Source: Siccibacter colletis (GTDB lineage Bacteria > Pseudomonadota > Gammaproteobacteria > Enterobacterales > Enterobacteriaceae). From it: DNA of 64,000 nucleotides. Position numbers and translations under genes: made by a program. Location: NCBI RefSeq assembly GCF_000696575.1, contig NZ_JMSQ01000007.1, positions 1 through 64,000 on the forward strand, read 5' to 3'. Positions 57,457 to 64,000 of this stretch are shown here, in pieces; positions within the stretch are counted from its first letter, which is position 1, and every line of letters starts with the position of its first letter. The notes beneath the pieces were generated by a model. It searched no databases. It had not been told where the DNA came from and saw only the letters and a program-made list of their open reading frames with translations.

Positions 57457-57603
57457 AAAAAACGCCCCGACCGGGGCGTACTGTAGGGTGGGTAAGCGAA
57501 GCGCACCCACCTTCGGGTAGCCGCCGTGGCGGGTGCGCAGGCTTACCCGCCCTACGCTGCGCCACGGCTCACCATAAAAAAACGCCCCGACCGGGGCGTT
57601 TTA
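57455..57603. repeat. composite repeat: two direct copies of the hairpin AAAAAAACGCCCCGACCGGGGCGT flanking a REP-like palindromic unit of about 95 bp; the second copy is the bidirectional yjbR/uvrA terminator
   Basis: copy 1 at 57455-57479 and copy 2 at 57576-57599, the latter followed by TTTT and the uvrA stop; the internal ggtgggtaagcgaagcgcacccacc and gccgtggcg…cgccacggc are palindromes. Confidence 0.65.
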
Positions 57604-60432
57604 TCAGGCTTTCAGCAGCGGTTTCAGGAAGCGCGCCGTGTGCGACGCTTCACACTCTGCCACGGTTTCCGGCGTGCCGGAAACGAGGATCTCCCCGCCG
57701 CCGCTCCCGCCTTCCGGGCCGAGATCGACAATCCAGTCCGCGGTTTTAATCACGTCCAGATTGTGTTCAATCACCACGATGGTATTGCCCTGATCGCGCA
57801 GCTGGTGCAGCACTTCCAGCAGCTGCTGGATATCGGCGAAGTGCAGACCGGTGGTCGGCTCATCAAGAATATAGAGCGTCTGCCCGGTGCCGCGCTTCGA
57901 CAGCTCGCGCGCCAGCTTCACGCGCTGGGCTTCACCGCCGGAAAGCGTGGTGGCCGACTGACCGAGACGAATATAGGTCAGACCCACATCCATCAGCGTC
58001 TGCAGCTTACGCGCCAGCGCCGGTACGGCATCAAAGAACTCGCGTGCTTCTTCAATGGTCATATCCAGCACTTCGTGGATGGTCTTGCCCTTATATTTGA
58101 TCTCCAGGGTTTCGCGGTTATAGCGCTTGCCCTTGCACTGGTCGCACGGGACGTAGATGTCCGGCAGGAAGTGCATCTCAACCTTGATCACCCCGTCGCC
58201 CTGACAGGCTTCGCAGCGCCCGCCGCGCACGTTAAAGCTGAAGCGGCCCGGCGTATAGCCGCGTGAACGCGCTTCCGGCACTCCGGCAAACAGCTCGCGC
58301 ACCGGCGTGAACACGCCAGTGTAGGTCGCCGGGTTAGAGCGCGGCGTGCGGCCGATCGGGCTCTGGTCGATGTCGATAACCTTATCGAAATGCTCCAGCC
58401 CCTGAATCTCGCGGTACGGCGCCGGCTCGGCCAGCGTGCCACCGTTGAGCTGGCGCTGGGCCAGCGGGAACAGCGTATCGTTAATCAGCGTCGATTTGCC
58501 CGAGCCGGAAACACCGGTCACGCAGGTAAACAGGCCAACCGGCAGCGTCAGGGTGACGTCTTTCAGGTTGTTGCCGCGCGCGCCGCTGAGCTTCAGCACT
58601 TTTTCCGGATCGGCCGGGACGCGGTTTTTCGGCACCGTAATCTGGCGCTTCCCGCTCATAAACTGCCCGGTCAGGGATTCCGGCACCGCCATAATGTCTT
58701 TCAGCGTGCCTTCCGCGACCACCTGGCCGCCGTGCACCCCGGCACCTGGCCCGATATCAATCACGTGATCCGCTGCGCGAATCGCGTCTTCGTCATGCTC
58801 CACCACGATCACGGTGTTGCCGAGGTTGCGCAGATGAATAAGCGTGCCGAGCAGGCGTTCGTTGTCGCGCTGGTGCAGACCGATAGACGGCTCATCCAGC
58901 ACGTACATCACACCCACGAGACCGGCACCAATCTGGCTGGCCAGACGAATACGCTGCGCCTCACCGCCGGAGAGGGTTTCTGCCGAGCGGGAGAGCGTCA
59001 GGTAGTTCAGGCCGACGTTCACCAGGAATTTCAGGCGATCGCCAATCTCTTTCAGCACTTTTTCAGCGATTTTCGCGCGCTGGCCGGAGAGCTTCATGTT
59101 GTTGAAGAACTCCATCGCGTGACCGATGCTCATATCAGAGATGGTCGGCAACGCGGTGTTTTCAACAAACACGTGGCGCGCTTCGCGGTTCAGACGCGTG
59201 CCTTCGCAGGTTGCGCACGGGCGGTTGCTGATAAATTTCGCCAGGTCTTCGCGCACCGCAGAGGATTCGGTCTCTTTGTAGCGGCGCTCCATATTGTGCA
59301 GCACGCCTTCGAACGGATGACGGCGTACGGACGTGTCGCCGCGATCGTTGATGTACTTGAATTCAATTGTCTCTTTGCCAGAGCCGAACAGCACCACTTT
59401 CTGCACGCTGGCGCTCAGGCTGTCCCACGGGGCATCGACATCGAACTTATAGTGCTCCGCCATCGAGCGCAGCATCTGGAAATAGTAGAAGTTACGGCGA
59501 TCCCAGCCGCGGATCGCGCCGCCGGCCAGCGACAGCTCGCCGTTCTGGATCACGCGGTCCGGGTCGAAATACTGCTGCACGCCCAGGCCGTCACAGGTCG
59601 GGCAGGCACCGGCCGGGTTGTTGAACGAGAACAGACGCGGTTCCAGCTCGCGCATGCTGTAGCCGCAAATAGGGCAGGCGAAGTTCGCCGAGAACAGCAG
59701 TTCAGGCACGCTGGTGTCGTCCATGTCGGCAACTATCGCGGTGCCGCCGGAGAGATCCAGCGCGGTTTCAAACGACTCGGCCAGGCGCTGGGTCAGATCT
59801 TCACGTACCTTAAAGCGATCGATGACCACTTCAATGGTGTGTTTCTTCTGCAACTCAAGCTTCGGCGGATCGGAGAGATCGCACACTTCACCGTCGATAC
59901 GCGCGCGGATATAACCCTGGCTTGCAAGGTTTTCCAGCGTTTTGGTGTGTTCACCTTTGCGCTCTTTGATGATGGGTGCCAGCAGCATCAGGCGTTTACC
60001 TTCCGGCTGCGCCAGCACGTTATCCACCATCTGGCTGACGGTCTGCGCCGCCAGCGGCACGTCGTGATCCGGACAGCGCGGCTCGCCGACGCGGGCATAA
60101 AGCAGACGCAGATAGTCGTGAATTTCGGTGATGGTCCCCACGGTCGAGCGCGGGTTGTGCGAGGTGGATTTCTGCTCGATAGAGATCGCGGGCGACAGCC
60201 CTTCGATATGATCGACATCCGGCTTTTCCATCAGGGACAGGAACTGACGCGCATAGGCCGAGAGCGACTCGACGTAGCGACGCTGCCCTTCCGCATAAAG
60301 GGTGTCAAAAGCCAGAGAGGATTTGCCTGAACCCGAAAGCCCGGTAACGACAATCAGTTTGTCGCGAGGGATAACGAGATTGATGTTTTTGAGATTATGG
60401 GTGCGGGCGCCCCGAACTTCGATCTTATCCAT
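57604..60432 (-). CDS. uvrA: excinuclease ABC subunit A
   Basis: 942 aa, [53 protein letters not shown]… about 95% identical to E. coli UvrA by eye. Confidence 0.97.
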   Translation of the reverse strand: MDKIEVRGARTHNLKNINLVIPRDKLIVVTGLSGSGKSSLAFDTLYAEGQRRYVESLSAYARQFLSLMEKPDVDHIEGLSPAISIEQKSTSHNPRSTVGTITEIHDYLRLLYARVGEPRCPDHDVPLAAQTVSQMVDNVLAQPEGKRLMLLAPIIKERKGEHTKTLENLASQGYIRARIDGEVCDLSDPPKLELQKKHTIEVVIDRFKVREDLTQRLAESFETALDLSGGTAIVADMDDTSVPELLFSANFACPICGYSMRELEPRLFSFNNPAGACPTCDGLGVQQYFDPDRVIQNGELSLAGGAIRGWDRRNFYYFQMLRSMAEHYKFDVDAPWDSLSASVQKVVLFGSGKETIEFKYINDRGDTSVRRHPFEGVLHNMERRYKETESSAVREDLAKFISNRPCATCEGTRLNREARHVFVENTALPTISDMSIGHAMEFFNNMKLSGQRAKIAEKVLKEIGDRLKFLVNVGLNYLTLSRSAETLSGGEAQRIRLASQIGAGLVGVMYVLDEPSIGLHQRDNERLLGTLIHLRNLGNTVIVVEHDEDAIRAADHVIDIGPGAGVHGGQVVAEGTLKDIMAVPESLTGQFMSGKRQITVPKNRVPADPEKVLKLSGARGNNLKDVTLTLPVGLFTCVTGVSGSGKSTLINDTLFPLAQRQLNGGTLAEPAPYREIQGLEHFDKVIDIDQSPIGRTPRSNPATYTGVFTPVRELFAGVPEARSRGYTPGRFSFNVRGGRCEACQGDGVIKVEMHFLPDIYVPCDQCKGKRYNRETLEIKYKGKTIHEVLDMTIEEAREFFDAVPALARKLQTLMDVGLTYIRLGQSATTLSGGEAQRVKLARELSKRGTGQTLYILDEPTTGLHFADIQQLLEVLHQLRDQGNTIVVIEHNLDVIKTADWIVDLGPEGGSGGGEILVSGTPETVAECEASHTARFLKPLLKA

Positions 60433-60577
60433 TCACCTTTCCCGGAATAAACGCGTAAGCCTGGTATTTTCTCCACCTTGAGTGACATAACAGCGACATA
60501 GCGACGGTCATGTCATCGCGGCCGGAGACAGAAGGACAACCGGCGATCTGAAACGGCTAATTATGACACAAATTAAC

Positions 60578-60593
60578 CTGAATGGATATACAG
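60578..60593 (-). promoter_or_regulatory. LexA box in the shared uvrA/ssb control region
   Basis: the reverse complement CTGTATATCCATTCAG matches the E. coli uvrA SOS box (TACTGTATATTCATTCAGGT). Confidence 0.8.
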
Positions 60594-60742
60594 TATTGGG
60601 AGGCGCTTTCCGGATGAGGCTGCAAAAATGTTTATCGGGAAAGACATTGTGGAATGAGCCTCCCAGCGATTACACTGCGCGGTTTCAATGGTAGACTTCA
60701 CGGTTTACACTCTTAAAGAATCGTTTTTCAGGAGACATGAAC

Positions 60743-61285
60743 ATGGCCAGCAGAGGCGTAAACAAGGTGATTCTCGTCGGGAATCTGGGTCAGGACCCGG
60801 AAGTGCGCTATATGCCGAATGGTGGCGCAGTTGCCAACATTACCCTGGCCACGTCAGAGTCATGGCGCGACAAACAAACCGGCGAAACCAAAGAGAAAAC
60901 TGAATGGCACCGCGTTGTGCTGTTCGGCAAGCTGGCTGAAGTGGCCGGTGAATACCTGCGCAAAGGTTCTCAGGTTTATATCGAAGGTTCCCTGCAGACC
61001 CGCAAATGGACCGACCAGGCCGGTGTTGAGAAGTACACCACGGAAGTCGTGGTTAACGTCGGCGGCACCATGCAGATGCTGGGTGGCCGTCAGGGCGGCG
61101 GTGCACCGGCTGGCGGCGGCATGGGCGGCGGTCAGCAGCAGCAGGGCGGTTGGGGTCAGCCTCAGCAGCCGCAGGGTGGCAACCAGTTCAGCGGCGGCGC
61201 GCAGTCTCGCCCGCAGCAGCAGAACAATGCCCCGGCGCAGTCTAACGAACCGCCGATGGATTTCGACGACGACATCCCGTTCTGA
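60743..61285 (+). CDS. ssb: single-stranded DNA-binding protein
   Basis: [44 protein letters not shown]… with a Gly/Gln-rich tail ending DFDDDIPF; RBS aggaga; the track ORF start at 60737 adds two codons. Confidence 0.97.
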   Translation: MASRGVNKVILVGNLGQDPEVRYMPNGGAVANITLATSESWRDKQTGETKEKTEWHRVVLFGKLAEVAGEYLRKGSQVYIEGSLQTRKWTDQAGVEKYTTEVVVNVGGTMQMLGGRQGGGAPAGGGMGGGQQQQGGWGQPQQPQGGNQFSGGAQSRPQQQNNAPAQSNEPPMDFDDDIPF

Positions 61286-61318
61286 TTTGCAGCACTGTTT
61301 GCATCCGGAAACAAAAAA

Positions 61319-61343
61319 GCCTCTGTTTACAGAGGCTTTTTTT
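61319..61343 (+). terminator. ssb intrinsic terminator
   Basis: gcctctg-ttta-cagaggc followed by tttttttat. Confidence 0.85.
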
Positions 61344-61388
61344 ATGTCATTTCATTTCCGCTACGCTGAAACGCAGGCAAACCGGTGA

Positions 61389-61664
61389 TTACATCACCGG
61401 AAACTGCGGCGGTGCCTGGTACGCCATATCCACCATAATGGTCTTGATATTGGCCCAGACGCGGGCGATATCGATCAGGGTGATCCCCAGCAGGCCGGTG
61501 GCGAACCAGCAGGCAGCCGCGATACCGAGGCCGGTGCAGACGATTGCCAGACCGCGATAGTCAGTCTTACGCAGCTGAATATGCAGCGTGCTGGCCATAA
61601 ACATCAGCAGCGCACTCAGTAACGGCCAGCGCATCAGTAATACGCCGGTAGTGATGGTAGCCAT
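61389..61664 (-). CDS. yjcB: small membrane protein YjcB
   Basis: MATITTGVLLMRWPLLSALLMFMASTL… matches E. coli YjcB (about 92 aa); the track ORF start at 61736 is an extension. Confidence 0.85.
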   Translation of the reverse strand: MATITTGVLLMRWPLLSALLMFMASTLHIQLRKTDYRGLAIVCTGLGIAAACWFATGLLGITLIDIARVWANIKTIMVDMAYQAPPQFPVM

Positions 61665-62113
61665 CAAAACATCCTCAACAGAAAACCATCTCCGCCAGCA
61701 CATCAGGGCAGATGTACGCCGCGGAGAAAACGTCACAAACAGGAAATTGCACTCTGTTACAAGAGTTGTGTGAACTATATCACGTTTGGTTATTAATTCG
61801 CCAGATGCCGCGCCGCTTTACGCCCCGGTTTTACAAATCTCACGTTGGCCCGCACATGGCGGCTGACCCGAATGCTCTCTTAACCGCAGCGTCTGGTTTT
61901 TTGCTCTGAGAATAAAAAAAGCACAGCCCGCAGAAAATAAAAAACGTCATGCCGTAATGAAAGCATCTGAATTTAGCTTTAGGCAATTTGCTTATATTAT
62001 CAGCAGCCCTCAGCAGGCCGCCTGAAATACAAAAGTCAGTTGCTAAAATGCCACTCTTCATGCACCGTAATGCGATTTTGTGAATGTCTGAACGCGGTCA
62101 AAAGTGACACGTT

Positions 62114-63724
62114 TTGCAGGGATATCAAACCATCATGCATCACAGGGCAGGGCGTAACGCGTTGCGTATTACCGGTATTATCATGGTGGTGTTATTGCCT
62201 GTGATTTTTGCCGTCTGGTTTGCTCAGCTGCGTGCGGTCAGCGATACCCGGGATCACCTGCGCTCCTTCGCACACTTAATACTCAACCGCACCAGTATTG
62301 TCGTGGATGATGCGATGCGCGCTCGCGCGATGGCAGAATCATTCCGCGGGGCATCATGCAGTGACGATCATCGAAAATTTATGCTCGATATTGTACGCGG
62401 GCATTTATTTGTTGAAGATCTTGTTTATGCCCGCGGAAATAATTTCCTGTGTTCGACTCAATTAACGCTTTCAACGCCGTTAACCCTGCGACGGGCAAAT
62501 TTCAGCGATACGTCTGATACGGCTATTTATTATTATCGTGATACCCCGTTTTATGCCGGCTATAAAATGTTATATATGCAGCGTGGGAATTATGCTGTGG
62601 TGATTAATCCGCGCGCGTTTGGCGATGTGATGTCTGACGATACCTCGCTGGTGTATGGCACCTATGACACGGTTAATGACGAATTCTTTTCCCTGAGCGC
62701 ACACGCCGATATGCAGACGTTAAGTCCGCTGATTCAGCGCAATCAGCAGACGTTCCAGCTCGACGGGCGCTTTTATACTATTGCCCGCTCCGCGACGCGT
62801 CCGGTTGCGATTATTGTCTCCACGACCATGACGCGGTTTCACGAACAATTCTGGCATCAGTTAACCCTGACGCTACCGCTGGGGCTGATTTGTAGTCTTA
62901 TTGTCTCGCTGGTATGGTCGCGCACACGTCAGCAGCTAAAGTCCCCGCGCCGCCGGCTGCAGCGTGCGCTGCGCCGTCAACAGCTGCGTCTTTATTATCA
63001 GCCGATTATTGATATTCGACAGGGGCGCTGTGTCGGGGCGGAAGCATTACTTCGCTGGCCGGGTTTTAATGGCACGGTAATGAGCCCGGCGGAATTTATT
63101 CCGCTGGCGGAAAGTGAAGGCATGATTGCCCAGGTCACCGACTACGTTGTCGATCAGCTGTTCATCGATCTGGGTGATTATCTGGCCCGTCACCCTGATA
63201 TTTATATTTCGCTCAACCTGTCGGCATCGGATTTTCATTCGCCGCGGCTTATTGCAATGATCGCTGAAAAAGCGAAACAGCATCAGGTGCGCCCGCAGCA
63301 GATTAAAATTGAAGTTACCGAGCGGGGCTTTATTGATGTCCCTAAAACCACGCCGGTTATTCAGGCGTTTCGTCAGGCCGGGTATGAAATTGCGATTGAC
63401 GATTTCGGCACCGGCTATTCCAACCTGCACAACCTCTATTCGCTCAACGTCGATATTCTGAAGATCGATAAATCCTTTATCGACACGCTCGCCACCAACA
63501 GTACCAGCCACCTTGTCGCTGAACATATTATTGATATGGCCCACAGCCTGCGCCTGAAGATTATTGCCGAAGGGGTGGAAACTGCCGAGCAGGTGAGCTG
63601 GCTTCTGAAACGTGGCGTCCAGTATTGCCAGGGCTGGTATTTTGCGGAGGCGCTGCCGCCTCAGGGATTTATCGCCTGGATGGATAAACCTGAGGCGGCG
63701 GAGCCTGCCCGGCAAGGCGCGTAA
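62114..63724 (+). CDS. pdeC: c-di-GMP phosphodiesterase with a CSS-motif sensor domain and an EAL domain (PdeC/YjcC)
   Basis: 536 aa; TM and periplasmic domain with two Cys, then a second TM, then an EAL domain (…YYQPI…EALLRW…DDFGTGYS…KIDKSFI…); the true start may be Met8. Confidence 0.9.
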   Translation: MQGYQTIMHHRAGRNALRITGIIMVVLLPVIFAVWFAQLRAVSDTRDHLRSFAHLILNRTSIVVDDAMRARAMAESFRGASCSDDHRKFMLDIVRGHLFVEDLVYARGNNFLCSTQLTLSTPLTLRRANFSDTSDTAIYYYRDTPFYAGYKMLYMQRGNYAVVINPRAFGDVMSDDTSLVYGTYDTVNDEFFSLSAHADMQTLSPLIQRNQQTFQLDGRFYTIARSATRPVAIIVSTTMTRFHEQFWHQLTLTLPLGLICSLIVSLVWSRTRQQLKSPRRRLQRALRRQQLRLYYQPIIDIRQGRCVGAEALLRWPGFNGTVMSPAEFIPLAESEGMIAQVTDYVVDQLFIDLGDYLARHPDIYISLNLSASDFHSPRLIAMIAEKAKQHQVRPQQIKIEVTERGFIDVPKTTPVIQAFRQAGYEIAIDDFGTGYSNLHNLYSLNVDILKIDKSFIDTLATNSTSHLVAEHIIDMAHSLRLKIIAEGVETAEQVSWLLKRGVQYCQGWYFAEALPPQGFIAWMDKPEAAEPARQGA

Positions 63725-63732
63725 CCTGTCAC

Positions 63733-64000
63733 TTACGCACTCTGGCGATAGTCGGTCGGCGTGCGGTCAAACTCGCGGCGAAAAACGCGCGAAAAAGTCT
63801 GCTGCGACACATAACCGTAATCCATCGCAATATCGAAAATGGGCCGTTCTGTGGTGCGCAGCGCTTCCGCCGCCATCAGCAGACGGCGCTGACGAATGTA
63901 TTCCCCCAGCGTCTGGCGCTTCACGGTACGGAACATCCGCTGCAGATACCATTTTGAATAGCCTGACTTCTTTGCCACCACGTCGATATTCATGGGTTGA
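63733..64000 (-). CDS. soxS: superoxide-response AraC-family regulator SoxS (partial; N-terminus lies beyond the window end)
   Basis: …NIDVVAKKSGYSKWYLQRMFRTV…GEYIRQRRLL.AA.ELRTTERPIFDIAMD.GYVSQQTFSRVFRR.FDRTP.DYR matches E. coli SoxS C-terminal residues. Confidence 0.9.
   Translation of the reverse strand, partial: QPMNIDVVAKKSGYSKWYLQRMFRTVKRQTLGEYIRQRRLLMAAEALRTTERPIFDIAMDYGYVSQQTFSRVFRREFDRTPTDYRQSA

Noticed and set aside
58390-60330. 646-aa plus-strand ORF antisense to uvrA
   Set aside because: uvrA is about 95% conserved on the minus strand. The antisense ORF is a GC-rich artefact.

Overview
This is an enterobacterial chromosomal segment of roughly 57% GC. Inferring from gene content, gene order matches the E. 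coli rrnE-metA ... uvrA-ssb-soxS region, with a Klebsiella/Enterobacter-like insertion and deletion pattern. The window opens in the 23S-5S spacer of an rRNA operon (5S rRNA plus its terminator). It then runs through metA, aceBAK, iclR (minus), metH, yjbB, rluF, yjbD, lysC (minus, with its lysine riboswitch leader), pgi, yjbEFGH, psiE, the malGFE / malK-lamB-malM divergon, ubiCA, plsB, dgkA, lexA-dinF, yjbJ, zur, dusA, pspG, qor, dnaB, alr, tyrB, yjbQR, uvrA, ssb, yjcB and pdeC(yjcC), and ends inside soxS. Several E. coli genes are absent: arpA, pepE, xylE, yjbI, yjbL/M and aphA. Accessory blocks sit at the same junctions. (1) A translationally coupled three-gene phospholipid-type operon lies between aceK and iclR (CDP-alcohol phosphatidyltransferase, PlsC-type acyltransferase, CdsA/YnbB-like cytidylyltransferase). 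(2) A DinJ/YafQ-type toxin-antitoxin pair sits where pepE would be. (3) An insertion between yjbD and lysC carries a bile-acid:sodium symporter (BASS)-family transporter and a non-canonical Rtc RNA-repair module: rtcR, a sigma54 promoter, a roughly 310-nt structured leader containing a perfect tRNA T-arm mimic, a soluble SPFH/band-7 protein, rtcB and a Pol-beta-type nucleotidyltransferase. There is no rtcA and no rsr. (4) A cupin gene and a TraF-like outer-membrane protein lie between zur and dusA. REP-like palindromes of one family (GTAGGGYGGGTAAGC...GCGCACCCRCC) recur at several intergenic sites. The most interesting candidate for an undescribed system is the rtcR-leader RNA-SPFH-rtcB-NTase cassette, including its possible tRNA-like regulatory or substrate RNA.
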